DNA of 64,000 nt from Eremomyces bilateralis CBS 781.70 (Eukaryota), in the NCBI GenBank assembly GCA_010015585.1, contig ML975171.1. The stretch is one strand, 5' to 3'. A program made the position numbers and the translations under genes. Below are positions 21,173 to 34,703 of this stretch, piece after piece (positions within the stretch are counted from its first letter, which is position 1; every line of letters begins with the position of its first letter). The notes under the pieces are model-generated. The model searched no databases and was not told the DNA's origin. It saw only the letters and a program-made list of their open reading frames with translations.

Positions 21173-22551
21173 TTAAGCTACGATCGCGTTCGCGTCTTGC
21201 TCTCTAGCCTCCTCGTCCGCCGCCCTCGTCGAATCGTGCCCCAATATAAGCCCCAACACGGTCCGTAATTCCTTCAAAAACCTACTCACCTCCGCTTCCG
21301 TGCCCACCGTGATCCTTAAACAGCCCTCACATCCTGCCTCCTTCCCTCTAAACCTCACTACCACGCCTCGGTCCTCCGCCAACCGCTCGTACACCTTCAA
21401 CGCCACCTCATTACTCGGCTTCCCCCCTCTTCCATCGAGCATCTCCACCAATACGAAATTCGCGTTCAACCCCCCTCTGAACCGTCCCACCCCCTCAATT
21501 TTCGGCAACTCCTCCACCATCCGGTTCCTCTGCTTTACGATCATGTCCCTCAGCGCAGTCGACCTCGCGAGGTGCTTCTCCGTCAACGCCGCCCGCGCCA
21601 ACGCGCTCGTCGGCGCCGAGATGTTATACGGTGCCTTGAGACTATTCAGCAGATTCGCGACCTCGGGCGCGCAGAACGCCGCGCCGATGCGGAGGCCCGC
21701 GAGGCCGAACGCCTTGGACATCGTCTGCATGACGACGAGGTTCGGGTGCGTCGGCACCGCGGGCGCGAACGAGCTGCCCGGCGCGGCAAAGTCCACGTAC
21801 GCCTCGTCGACGATCAGCACGCCGTTCCACGATGGGTGCGCGAGGATCGCATCTACCGCGGCTTTCGGGATCACGGTCCCCGTCGGGTTGCCGGGGGAGC
21901 AGAGGTAGACGAGCTTGATGGACGGGTCGGCGGCGAGGGCGGCGCAGATGGCGGGGACGTCCGGGGCGAAGTCGTTGGTGGCTTGGAGTGGGACTTTGAC
22001 GATGGAAACGTCGTTGACACAAGCGCTCACGCTGTACATGCCGTAGGTGGGCGGGCAGGTGAGGATCTTGTCACGGGCGGGGACGCAGAAGCAGCGGATG
22101 AGGTTGTCGATGGCTTCGTCGGAGCCGACGCCGATGAAGAGGTGGTCGGGTCGGAGGGGCGTGGGGGATTGGGATTCGGCATTTCTTAGATCGCAGAGGA
22201 GCTGTTTTAATTCGGTCTGGTGGCTGCAATGGATGTGAATGACTGCGTTAGGTGGAGGGACGGGAGAGGATTACGGATCTGGGTATCGGTTCAGCCCTTG
22301 CAGATCGACTTCGAGTTCAAGGCCGGATGATTGAATCTCCTTTTGTTTTCCAAGCTCTTCAAGTGCCAGTCCGGGCCCATATGCGTTCTCGTTGGCATCT
22401 AATAGGATGTTGGTGCCATCATCTTTGTAGTCGCTGAGTCACGTCAGTTGAGGGCGGAAGATTTTGGATCCGCGGGTTCATACTCTCGCGCACATCTATA
22501 TGGCTGCAAGGCCAGGATATTTGGTCGAGCGCAAGTCTGTAAATCAAACAT
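21173..22551 (-). CDS. HIS5: Histidinol-phosphate aminotransferase
   Basis: MFDLQTCARPNILALQPYRCAR, LLDANENAYGP, LNRYPDP, GVGSDEAID, PPTYGMY, CSPGNPTG, DEAYVDF, TMSKAFGLAGLRIG (PLP lysine); two introns. Confidence 0.95.
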
Positions 22552-22671
22552 TGTTCCGTCTTTCCCTGAACGTCTATAGCTACGGAATATTTTCTGTTGG
22601 ATGAATTGTTCGTCGAGAGCATTTCGATATTCTAATGCCAAGACCTGCCGACTTCGGGCAGCGCTGAGTCG

Positions 22672-22678
22672 GAGTCAT
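22672..22678 (-). promoter_or_regulatory. Candidate Gcn4/CpcA response element
   Basis: GAGTCAT (reverse ATGACTC) about 120 bp upstream of the HIS5 ATG. Short motif that could occur by chance. Confidence 0.4.
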
Positions 22679-23133
22679 CGATTCCACCGCCATATTTGTC
22701 AACAAACCTGGGAATATTATTCCTTCAAACCATTTTAAGAACCCGATAAATCCGATTGGCGTATTGCCACGAGCATAGGAACAATAATTGTTACAATAGA
22801 TCTTCATGGTAACAATGTCATTCTGTCATTGAGTTGACTGTAGCCTGCATATGCCCTATATACAAACAGGAACCCAGATCCGAGACCGTCTCCATCACGT
22901 CGTCTGCGCCATACGCAGTGTAAGACGTCTAAGACCCATCTAATCTCTACAGGGCACGAGTAACCAAGACCCATACAACTCCATCTTTCATACATGACAG
23001 AATGAATACCAAAACAAACACCGCCAGAATGCTCCTCCCACCGGTATCCCGTCCAACCCATCTCCACAAAATGAAAATGCGTAGGCAAACAGACGTCGGC
23101 TTCGTCTCACGTACCCAGACTCCATCGCGTATC

Positions 23134-26100
23134 TCATCGATTGTTGAAGAACCAACTCCCTCGCTTCGCCCCCGATGGATCTTGGCCTTGCAGGCTCGAA
23201 ATGACGGGGATCGGCGCGCTCGCATCGCCGCCGCCACGCAGCGGCTTCGCAATCTTCGAGCCGCTGAAGAACCCGCCCGCGTTCGTCGGCGAGCCGAGGC
23301 CGCGGGTCGAGCCTTGTTTCGCGGCCTCGAGGCGCTCTTTGACTGCGGAGAGTTGCACTTCGAATCTGGGGTCGGGAAGTTAGCACAGTAATTCTGCAAT
23401 GGGGCGGACCGGATGAGAAGCGCAATCGGCACGTACTTATGGTTCGCCGCGGTGAGTTTCTCCTGACTATCCTGCAGCAAGTTTTCCAGGCTATGGATGC
23501 GCTCGGTGCGCGCGATCAGTTTCCGCTCCGCGATGGCGACTTCCTTCTTCAGCGCGCTGTTCTGCTCGATCAGCTGCCGCTGGACGACGGTGAGTTGCTC
23601 GAGGTTGCGTTCGAGGAAGGCCATCTTCTTCTGCTGGGCGCGGTTGTTGGAGGTGCGGAGGACGTTGTTGTATTGCTCGCGGGTTTCGTCGAGGGAGATT
23701 TCGAGCTCGACGACCTAGTGGGATGATGTTAATCACAACGTTCAATCCTCGACATGGAGGGTGTGCTGGAGATGGTCGACTTACCCGTTCGCATCGATTC
23801 TGTAGATCTCTCATCAAGCTCTTCTTCATCGCGTCGAACTCGGTGATCTGCTGTTGGATAGTCTTGCCGTTCACAGCCGATCCGTTCGCCGCGACGGCAA
23901 GTGCGCCCGACTTGATGCGCTCGTGCAAGACCTCCATCTCCGTCTTCATCTTCTGGTTCTCCTCCGCCTTCTTCTGCAGCTCCTCCTTGAGTTCCAGGGC
24001 GATTTCATGCTCGCCATTCTGTCGGTTGTCGTATGCATCCGCCAGGCGAGACTTGATCGCGTCCACGTCCTCGGCGCCGAGCTTGCCCTCAAGGACGTCC
24101 TCATACTCCTTCTGAAGCTTCCCAAGTCGCTCTTCTAGCGCATCGCGTCGAGCAAATTGCGCCTCATCCTGCTCCGAACGCTGTACCACCGAGAGCTCCG
24201 CCTGCCGCACAATGCCTTGCGTCTCCATCAATTTGTGCCGCAAGTCCTGCATCTCCTCCGGCGAGATCGCCTCGCCCGCCACGGCCATCTCCTGGAGCGC
24301 CTCCACCTGCTCGATGACATTCCGTATACTCCGCTCATTGTCGCTGAAGATCTCCCCGCCCAGGTCGAAGCTCGCCATCATCTGCGCCATGCGCTCCGCC
24401 TTCTTCTTCTCCTTTTCGTCGAGCACTGCGGTGGTTTCCTTCGCGTTCATCCGGGCGTCTAGCAGCTGCTGCTTGACTTCGTCGAGTTCGACGGTCAGCT
24501 CGGAGTTGGCTTCTTTGAGGCTGTCCATTGTAATCATGGCCTCCTTGGACTCGAAGTGGATCTTCTCCACCTGCATACGGAGCTCGTTAATCTCGCCGCC
24601 GAGCTTCTCATTGTCTTTCGTGGTGCGGGAGTCGTGCTGTCGGAGCAGCTGGAGCTCCTCTCTCGCTTCCTTCAGGCCCTTTTCTGCGTTCACGAGCGCG
24701 GATTCCTTCTCGGCGAGCTGATCTTGGAGCTCATTCTCCCGGCGGAGGAACTCTTCCCGTTCGTCTTTGTCGAGCGTGATCGGTGTGCCGGCCCTATCCA
24801 GGTCCAGCCTAGAGTCGGGCCTCGATGGCGTCTCGGGACGGGATTCTGTACTCCTGAGCCTCGACGGCGTAACAGGAGGCCTGGTGTCTGGCTTTCTTGC
24901 GGTTGCCATGTCGCGTGTTAACCCAGGTGTCCATCTCTCTCTTGGAACGCTCTCGCCGCTTCTCCACAGCTGCACTTCCGAGTCCAAGTCCTGGATGTAG
25001 GATTCGAAGCTCGTAACCTGGGTTTGCGCCTTTTTGAGAAGGGCTTTGAGTTCGGTGGGACTGAGTTCGGCGTTGACCTTGGCCTTGTTCTTGATTGCCT
25101 TTGCTCTGACGCCAAACCGTAGCGTGCTGACGGTTTCCGCGTCATTGTAGCTACTTGGAGAGCAGTTGATGATGAGGGTCGTCCGGGAGTTACCACCCAA
25201 CGATTCTTGTAGGATACGGGTGAGCTTCGAGTCTCGATAGGGTATGTGTGTGGATTTTCCGTCCGTAAGATTATTAATCACCATGCCCAGGGCGCTCAAA
25301 CTCTTGTTGATCTTCTTGGCTTCTTCCAGCGTCTGTCCGCTGGCACCGGTTTTCCCAACCTTTTCACTCCCAGCAAGATCGACCAGGAACAGCTGCCCAC
25401 TCTTCATCGACCCGGTCTCGACGTTTTTCTGGGTGATGGTAATGACGAAGATGGAATGTGAACGCGACGATTCTTGGTTCATGTTCGTCGCCGCGACCGC
25501 GCGCGCTAGACCGCCCCGTCTCATGACCTCGTAGACCTCCGCGACGCTGGATACGTAGATCTCCAACAGCCCTTTGACATAGACCCCGCGATTCTTCTCC
25601 TCGTGGATGGGTAGGTTGTCGTTATGCGGCTGCAGCAGGTCGCGGATCCGCTCCATGTAAATCTCCATGTAGCTTACCCGGACCGTGTACTCGATGTTCC
25701 CAGGACTGGATAGGATGCTGGCGAAGACCTGTTCCACGATGCGGGGGATCACGCCCTTGCCTTCGTCGTCGTCGATGTCGGAGCCCATCATGGTGTACGA
25801 TTTCCCCGCGCCGGTCTGCCCGTACGCAAACACGGTGCCGTTGTAGCCATTGAGGATGTCGTCGACGGTGGATCGGATGGAGTAATCGAAGATGTCGGAT
25901 TGGCGGCATTTCATGTCGAAGACCCGGTCGAAGGTGAAGGCCCCGGAGGCCTCTTTGGACTACTCATGGTCAGCGTGTCGTAACGTACCTTCTCCTAGGA
26001 AATATGCATACTTGGATACTACATGTGTCGTCGGAGGCGAATTCAACAATCGGTTCTCCTCCTGCAGTCACCTCGATCTTGTTCTGCGGGCGAAACCGCG

Positions 26101-26256
26101 CGACGACTGTATATCGACGCGGTTAGTATGCATATCAGACCCCTTAACTGGAGCCCTCCACGAACCTTTGATGCTGTTGGAGCTCCTGTAGCAAGTGCCA
26201 TTAGCATACTGTAGTCTCCCGTTGACTTGCAAGAGGAACCCGAGAACTTACGCCAT
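23134..26256 (-). CDS. kinA: Conventional kinesin heavy chain (kinesin-1)
   Basis: Spliced start MA|SSNSIK|VVARFRPQN, P-loop AYGQTGAGKS, NQESSRSH, LVDLAGSE, HIPYRDSKLT, coiled-coil stalk, tail IAKPLRGGG and SWFF. Confidence 0.96.
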
Positions 26257-27367
26257 GGTGACCGCGAATCTTCAGGGTCCTTGTATCGCAGGCTGAAGCA
26301 ACAACACACAACTATCCTCCGCTCCCCCTCAACAAATCTGTTTCTGTTCCTTGATGCTGACGGCAAACCCGAATCCAGAACAGCCAGGACACGTAAAGAT
26401 CATGCACGTGGGGTAGCAGTATGCAATTATCCTGTCGTACACCCTCAAAAGCCAGTTACCCGGTTGGTCCGTGGTCGAATGTCGTCGGATGTAAATTGGT
26501 AAATATGTCGATGTCGTCCCGATCTACATCATCCCGCGCACGCAGCGCCGACCATGAAATTGTAGATCTCGTGTATCAGGAGGAGATGGTTTGGGAGCGA
26601 GTGTAAGTTAGTCACCATGAAAACAAGGCATGTCAACTTGTCAAAGTGGAGGTATTCCTTTTGCCAGCAACTAATGTTGACACCCTGGCCGGCAGCTCTG
26701 ACCCGCGCTGAGGGACGTGTTTTGCAAGGGCTGGTGAAACCGTGAAAGGTTGATGGAGGGGTTATGAATATCAATGTGTTGGATTTACCCAGTGGAAGAA
26801 GTAAAATGCCTTTGAACGTGATTCTATTATTCCTAGTGTCTGAAAAATGAAGTGTTATCATTTCTACATAAAGGATCCCATGCTTTTACTTCGTTACTAG
26901 GATTCACCCATTATGGGTAACCGCCTTGTTCATACAGCATTGATGCAAAGGAGATGCAAAGGAAATTAATGTAGTCGCACGTCCACTCATTCATGATCAT
27001 ATATTCATTTCCTAATGGACTGATCCTAGTCTATATGAGCAATTCGAATGGTCATTCCGCCTTTCCATATCATAACCAAAACCCCTATAAGCGAGAAGTA
27101 GTCAAAAGCCCCCCCTTGTCCGGACCTGCCATCCCAAATCACGGACGGAACACCGAGATAAACCAGACGCCATGCTTGCTCTTGCAGAACCAGGGTGCGG
27201 GCAATGGAACGGGGTATGAACGATGGAGCTGATGGTGAAGATCATCCAGACCGAAGAAGACTCGCGGATCGTCCGGACGTCTCCTCGTAACCAAGGGATG
27301 TTCACGTCGGATATCGGGATGATGGATCTATGCATAGTGCGCGCTGCAAACTCGAGGAGGGCGGCGT

Positions 27368-28042
27368 TCAATCCTCCCAACTCTTCTCCACCGTCTCCCG
27401 CACCCGCTTCGTGTACTCCCTCCGATTATCTTTATACAGATTCGACGCCTCGACGTTCGCCGGCGACGACGTATTCGGATCATTCAGTAGACTGCCCATC
27501 ATGCGTTAGCCAGCCCTCTCCATCGTCCGGTCTCTCTCAAAAGGAACCACCCACCTCTGAATACTCGTCAAGATCGCCGCCACATCGTACGTCGGGCTCC
27601 ACCGGTTCTGCAGAATGTCCAAGCACAGCTCCCCTGACGCGTACACGTTCGGGTGGAACATCTGGCTGACGAACTTCACCTGCGGCGGCTTGTTGGGGTA
27701 CTGCTCCTCGAACTGGAGGACCAGCTTGAAGGTGCCGTCTTCAAAGGGCGTGTCGCCGGGGCCGATGATCACGGCGTTCCTAGAGGGCGGTGTCAGTGCT
27801 GTGAGGACGTTGGGGGGGTTGATGGTGGGAGTGGACGGACCAGATCATGACGTTGTCGGAGACGGGGGAGGCGGAGATGCCGGCGGGGGGGTCGGTTTGG
27901 ATACGCTGGAGGAGGGGAGGTTAGCTTTCGATCGGAGAGGATGGGGTGGTGGGACGGAGATATGATGCTCGAGTAAGAAGACATCTTGGAGTCGACGGAC
28001 TTTGAAATCGCGCATCAAGCGACGACGCGCGATGGTAGACAT
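27368..28042 (-). CDS. RAD6: Ubiquitin-conjugating enzyme E2 Rad6/Ubc2
   Basis: [53 protein letters not shown], ..TVEKSWED stop; three introns. Confidence 0.96.
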
Positions 28043-28714
28043 GGTGTCGATGGTACTTGCTGCTGCAGATAAATGAGATAACTGGTGGTTTGCGTCTCGG
28101 GTGGTGAGGGGTTTGAGGTTCGACTAAGGTAGGGGATTGGATGAGATCGACGCGAGGAAGTAGATGGGTGGACGAGGTGTGGATTGATGTTAATAAGTTG
28201 GGTTCACTTATGTCTGGTGATGGGCTGGTGGAGGAGGAGGGAACATGGACTGGAGGTTTCGACGCCGATCTGTAGACGTGACTGGCTGCTGCTCCACCTC
28301 AGCGTCATGCGAGATATTTCCGAATCATGTTATGAATATTTCCTGATTGATATGGGCACTTCATTAATGACGAGAATTTCATGTCTTCGGATTTAACGCA
28401 TTATGGTGTGTGGCAGTTCAAGGTTGACGTAATATGTATCACTGTCGGAGATCCCTTCACATTCTATCTCACTCGGACTCCTATGGAGAAACGAACACCG
28501 ACCATATGAGAGTAGATATATCTCAGTTCATTATCATGCAATAAAGGTACGAACACTGGGGTATGCTAATAACGGTCCGATTCATCCATCCCGATGCCTT
28601 TAATGCTATAGATTGTCAATGACTCCGCGCCCGTCTTCCTGATCCACCCCCAACGCCAGACGATCAAGAGAAGGTGCAGGTCCCAGTCTACCTGCCATCA
28701 TCGCATCCGGACCG

Positions 28715-29980
28715 TCAAATCTCGGGAGCCACGGCCATGTTGTTCGTGGATGCCTGAGTGGATTGCTTCAGGGCAGCCCGGACGGGGCTGAAGTACGGAT
28801 GAGCCATCGCCTCTTTGGCTGTGAGACGTTCCTAAGGTCCGTTAGCGAAACCCAGGACCACTGCAACGGGACGGTCATACCTGATGGTCGTATCTCAGCA
28901 ACTTATCCAGGAAATCAATCGCCTCGTTGCTGACGAATCGCTGGTTCTCCGAGTTGATAAAGCTATGCCAGCTCTTCCGGGGGAACCGGCCCAAGATGTC
29001 GTCGTACTGCGCGTCGAGCTCGATGTCGTAGCGGTCGAGGTAGTCGAACAGCTCGTCCGTCCCGAGCACCTTCGCGATCTTCACCAGCTGGTCCGAATTG
29101 CTGTTGCCGTGGAAAAACGGCTCTTTGCGGAAGATCATGGAGGCGAACATAGCGCCCAGGGACCACATGTCGAGGGAGTAGTCGTACTCCTGGAAGTCGA
29201 CCAGCAGCTCGGGACCTTTGAAATATCGTGAAGCCACGCGGACGTTGTATTCCGTGCCTTGGTGGTAGAACTCGGCCAGACCCCAGTCGATGAGTCGTAG
29301 TTTGCGCTTCTCGTGATCGATCATCACGTTGTGGGGTTTCACGTCGCGATGCATGATGCCTTTGCTATGGCAGTAGTCCAGTGCCTAGGCTCGTCAGCGT
29401 GCCAATCATTCCCCCCCAATCCGCAAAAGCCTACCTTGAGGAGCTCGTTGATATAGTATCGGACATCGTAGTCGGAGAACTTGGGGTAGAGGCTTCGGAA
29501 GTCGGTATTGTTCACGTGCTCGAATATTAGGGACGGAGTTTTGCTCTGGACAAAGAAAATCGAGTCAGCATTGAGGGGACATATCATCCACGTACCATCG
29601 TGGTGCGTGGAACTCACTTGGTTATCCCGCACGACGTCCAGCAAGGCGATGACATTCGGCCCATTCGCCAGGTTCTGCAAGATCTTGATCTCTCGCTTTA
29701 TCTTCTTCTTCTTGACCGGCTTGAGGACCTTGATGACGCATTTCTGGTAGTTGACGACGTTGATGCCCTCGAACACTTCGGAGTACTTTCCACGACCTAG
29801 TCACACGATGATCAGCCTACCCCTCCTTTAAGTTTTCCTGCGACGGAGATGGCGGGACACCGTACCGATCTTGCGCACCACCTCGTAGTTGTCCAGCTGG
29901 CCCCACGAGATGTTCACTGAGTCATAGTCCCAGTACGCGCGGGGCATGTTCGCGTTGATGTCGGCGTAGACCCGCGCCAT
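28715..29980 (-). CDS. CKA1: Casein kinase II catalytic alpha subunit (canonical start; see finding on upstream extension to 30415)
   Basis: [82 protein letters not shown]. Confidence 0.97.
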
Positions 29981-30860
29981 GCTGTGAGCGTGCGGGAAGG
30001 TCTTGTTTACGGTCCGGATGTCGCCCTCAGCCAGCGGCGAGTATTTCGGCACGTATCCAGGTGGGATGACCCGGACTTTGGCCGACGTCGGGTTCGAGGG
30101 GTCGTGGACGGGGGAAAAGGAGAAGTTGAGGTGGAAGGTGGAGGCGATGAGTTGGTGGATGGAGGACAAAGAGGAGAGGGAGGACAAAGAGTAGGAGTGG
30201 ATGTTGAGGCTGGAGGTGACGGAAGAGAATCTTGTGTTGAGTGGGAGAGAGTTGGCGTTGGCGTTGGCGGCGTTGGCGGGGGATGCCTCTGTAGCAGCAG
30301 CAGTAATACTAATGCTGCCGCCGCCGCTGCTCACCACCCACAGCCAAGCGAGCACCGCCATCAGAAACGCCCCGACCACCGCCACTAGTTTGGTGCTGCG
30401 AAGCTGCTTGAGCATATTTCGATTCAGTTGATATGTCGATGATTGTAGATGATGAGACGTGCAGTTGGGCCATCACAACAGCATTGTAAGTGCATTTGAT
30501 TCTATTAAGTCCAGTCCGTTGGTCTGAATTGCCGTGTCTATTGTTTAATGGTACCGTACCGATATTCTTTGTCAGTTGCCATCAGCTGCGTTCTCCTTGG
30601 ACCTGCCATAAAATCCGCCTGCATTCAGTACACTACGTTCACTGAACCGTACATTAAGAGCTAGGACTACTACGGCACTTTACCGTTCAAGAGCTTGGAG
30701 CCAAATGGTATTCGAGGATGAAAAAAAAAGGAGAGTTAGGTTATGGCTGACAGTTAGTGCAGGGAGTCTTCAGGAGCGTCTAGCAAACAAACCCATCCAT
30801 TTCATCAAGACAAATTCGAGTCAGTAATGAAAACGAGAGATAGCAGATCCTCTTTCCAAA

Positions 30861-32107
30861 ATGCCCTATCATGATCTCAATGTCCCGTTCGTGGACGACA
30901 GCGTCGAGTTGTCACGAACAATAGCATTTCTAGCAGAGCGTGAGTCAGCAGCCATTCCGCTCCTCGCTCTATCATGGGAGATCTCCACCCGAGGAGAGAT
31001 ATCAATGGCCAAGTCCATAATCAAATCGTCGAGGATATATTCATGCTAGAAGACCGGCTGATCATTTCCCTCACATAGTGGACTACGACGTCGTCGCCAT
31101 CAACCACACAATATCGGGCCCAATTCCCTTAACAATTGTACGTCCTCCAACCCCCGTCCACTCCCAACTAACCCCCAACAGCCCNNNNNNNNNNNNNNNN
31201 NNNNNNNNNNNNNNNNNNNNNNNNNNNNNNNNNNNNNNNNNNNNNNNNNNNNNNNNNNNNNNNNNNNNNNNNNNNNNNNNNNNNNNNNNNNNNNNNNNNN
31301 NNNNNNNNNNNNNNNNNNNNNNNNNNNNNCGAAAAGTCCCTCACCCTCGCTTGTACCTCCCTCCCCCCTTCCCTCATCTCCCTCGACCTCGCCCACCGCC
31401 TCCCCTTCCACCTCAACTCCAAACACCACACCCTAAACGCTGCCGTCAAGCGCGGCTGCTGCTTCGAGATTGCGTACGCCGCCGCTACCCAACCCCCTTC
31501 CGCCTCCGACGCGCAGAATACCTCCGCCAGCGACGCCCATCGCAATCTCATCTCCAATGCCACCGCGTTGCTGCGCGCCCTGCGCTACCGTGGCATCGTC
31601 ATCAGCTCCGGGGCGCGCACCGCCCTGGCCGCGCGCGCACCAGCCGACGTGATTAATCTGGCCGCGAGTGTATGGGGACTCGGCGCCGAGCGGGCCTATG
31701 AAGCGCTGGTGCGGGAGGCAGGGGAGTATCTGCGGCGGGAGGAGGCGAGGCGGGGGGTGTATCGAGGGACAATTGGGGTGGTGGACGGGGGGGAGCGGCC
31801 GGTGGTGGTGGAGGAGGAGGAGAGTAGGGAGGGGAAGAAGGGGAAGGGGAAGGGGAGGGGGGGGAAGAATGAGAATGGGAAGAGGGAGGTGGAGGCGTTG
31901 GGGGAGGGGGGGGAGGCGTTGTCGAAGCGGGAGTTGAAGAGGCGGAGGAAGGTGGAGATGCAGGTGAAGGCGCAGGCGGACAAGGCGGGGAAGGAAGGGG
32001 AGAGTCAGGAAAAGACATCGAAGAACGGGAAGGATGGCCTAGAGGAGGCGGCGAGGAAGCCAGAGGAGATTCAGGGGAAAGCATCGAAAGACACCGTGAA
32101 AAAGTAG
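30861..32107 (+). CDS. RPP1: RNase P/MRP subunit p30 (Rpp1/Rpp30); gap at 31185-31329
   Basis: MPYHDLNVP, YDVVAINHT, ACTSL..LISLDL, AVKRGCCFEIAY, RNLISNA, RGIVISSGA..RAPADVINLA..WGL. Confidence 0.85.
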
Positions 32108-32562
32108 AAGAAGCCGGCTGGAAAACCTCAGGACGCCACGGCGAGCGCTTCATCAAACATAGATGCAGTCATGCAAAACGGTGGCGATTGAGCTTTGGCT
32201 CTCCTGCCTCTAATGTAAATCAAATCATAGACGTTCAAAAACGATAGCTCGTGTTCCATATGATGGTTGGCGAATACCTGCATATCCGCATTGCTCTATG
32301 AAGTTTTGCCTATATCCCCATACATACACCGCTCGGTATGCCGTGTATATATAAACCCGAACACCCGATCCTCCCATGGTATCAGGTCTTCCGTATCCTT
32401 TCATAAAGTCGTCAATCCCCACCGTCGACAAACACGTCTCGTAACGCGCGTCACGAATCGAAAATGCCTGGCGCACCGAACGCCCACCAGGCTCACATAT
32501 GTACAAGAAGCGAATGCTGTCCCACCCCGCCAATTTCTATCCCATGTCTATATCCACCTCCG

Positions 32563-32996
32563 TCACCGGTACGCACCTACAAACACCCCCATCCCCTCCG
32601 CCGGCGCCGTCATAACCGGTCGCGCATTCTCTCCCACCCGCACCACCGCAGCGGCATCTACGGGCTTCTCGTTTGCGGGTTCGATATCGTCGGGGAGGGT
32701 GAACAGCGGGAACGGGAGAGGGGTGTTGGGGGATTGGGGGTCGGAGGGAAGCGTGAAGGTTGGGGTGACGGGAGGAGGCGGAGGTGGAGGTGGAGGGGGG
32801 TGGAGTTGGGTGTGGAGGGGAATTCGAGTGCGCGCACGGGTGCGGGAGCGGGTGCGGATGTGAGGGATGGTGTTGGTCTGGTGGGGGAGGTTAGTGGCCG
32901 GGTCCAGCGGGTGTCGTAGGATATGAGAGAGAGAGAGAGAGTAAGGAAAAGGACTTGGAAGTAGAGAGTCGTGACGGCGTCGGAAAATCCCGTCAT
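32563..32996 (-). CDS. Possible small Pro-rich hypothetical protein
   Basis: ATG 32996 (MTGFSDAVTTLYFQ), candidate intron with CTAAC branch and CAG acceptor near 32877, then a Pro-rich exon. No recognisable domain. Confidence 0.3.
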
Positions 32997-33175
32997 AGGC
33001 CGTGAGTCGTAGCGATCGTGGAGTCATTAGAGGAGATTGGCAACGTGGAAGATCCGGGGGGTGGCGATGTTGATGAAGGAATGAATGCCTGAGTCGACAT
33101 TCCATGACTCCCAAACCAGGGAGACGCCGATCATAATCCGTCGAAGGAGTCTATTGCCGCAAACACCAGAACGCC

Positions 33176-34703
33176 TCATGAAGACGATCCAGTGCTTTTC
33201 AAATATACGGTTACCATCTGTGTGACGGTCGTCCTCTCCTCTTCGAGCGGGACAACTTCCGTGGGAGGGGGGCCGTAGACAGTCCGAATTTCCGTCTTGG
33301 TGACGATTGCAGGAGCCGAATCGGAACCAGGCTAAACGGAATGAGAAGAGAGAAATTAGGAAAAACAAGGAGACAATGTGATGCTTACCGGAGCCTTAGA
33401 CGGCGACTGCGGTACACTCGCCGGCCGTGTGAACGTCACGAATGTCGTGGCTGTCACAGGGGATGAGCTGTTGCCACTGCTCACACTGCTTCCCACACTG
33501 CTGCTGCTGCTTCTGCTGCTCTGACTGATGCTCTGACTGCTGCTTAACGGCTCACTTGGTGAAAGTCCGATAAACCCGTCATGGGTATCTTGCTGGTAGA
33601 CCTTCAGCGACCGCACCCGCCAGAACGACTCCGTAAACGCGCTCGGATTATCCCGAACAAACGCGTTGCACGAATTCCCCTTCGCTGCGCACGTGGAGTC
33701 GCTCGAGAAGACGTTCCCCGCCCAGTCCCCGCAGAAGGTGGTGTCGAAGACGATCCGCTGCTCCTGGAACGCCTTGGAGAAGTCGCAGCCGCCGTGGAAG
33801 AGGGCGATCGGGCGACCCCATTTCGTTGGGTCCGGGGTGCCGCTGTTGATATCTTCGGGGATGGCGTTGCGCTGAAAGTGCCAGATGCCGATGTAGTCTT
33901 CGGTCCATTCCGTAGCGTAGACTCCGCCGTCGGCGGCGTTGAAGTCGTCGCCGTAGGTGGCTTGGTGATTCTCCGGGGCCCTGATGGAGCAACCTTCGTT
34001 GGCGGATTGGCCTTGGGCTTTGACGTCGCAGTTGGGAGTGTGGATTTGGCCAGTGAAAGCGCGGTTGACAGTGCTGGGATTGATGGTGCAGCCGGGGGCA
34101 GTGTGTAGGGCCATGGAATTGGATTGCTGGGCATTGACGCCTTCGATGATGTCGATCTCTCCGCTGTGTAAAGTCAATAAGTCGGCACACGCATTGTTGT
34201 TCGCATATAGAAAATGAATTACCCGTGAGGCCAGTCCGGTCCCACCATCCAGAACGCAGGCCAAGTTCCGCAGACGCTTCCGGGCATGTGCGATAGATCG
34301 AGGATAACGAGTCCGGAGTTATACGCCTTCTTGCTCGTTATCCGCACGCTTGGCCGTCCATTGGGAGTCTCATTCTCCGTATCGACACCCATATAAATGG
34401 AGTCTGATGAGGTCTTGATCAGTCCGGACCCCTGGGCGGTACCCTTGTCGACATATTGGACTGGGATACCGTCAGTAGTCTGAGGTATGCGAACATCTAT
34501 CCTTGACAGGTGAAATTTGCAGTGGGCAATTAAGGGTTCTGTCCAAGCATGGCGAACTCACCAAATCCATGTGTCGGGTCCCGTGCGGTAAAAAAGTCGA
34601 ACTTGTCAAAAAAGTTCGAGGGGCTGTAGTCGTCTTCCAGTACATAGCCAGCTATGCCGAACTTGGTGAGCGTGAGCCCAAGAAGGAAAGAAGAGAAGAG
34701 CAT
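33176..34703 (-). CDS. Secreted GH16 endo-1,3(4)-beta-glucanase with Ser/Thr-rich tail
   Basis: Signal peptide MLFSSFLLGLTLTKFGIAG, YVLEDDY, DPTHGF, GRPSVRI, CGTWPAFW, catalytic GEIDIIEG, GGVYATEW, DTTFCGDWAG; last exon after intron ~33332-33388. Confidence 0.92.
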
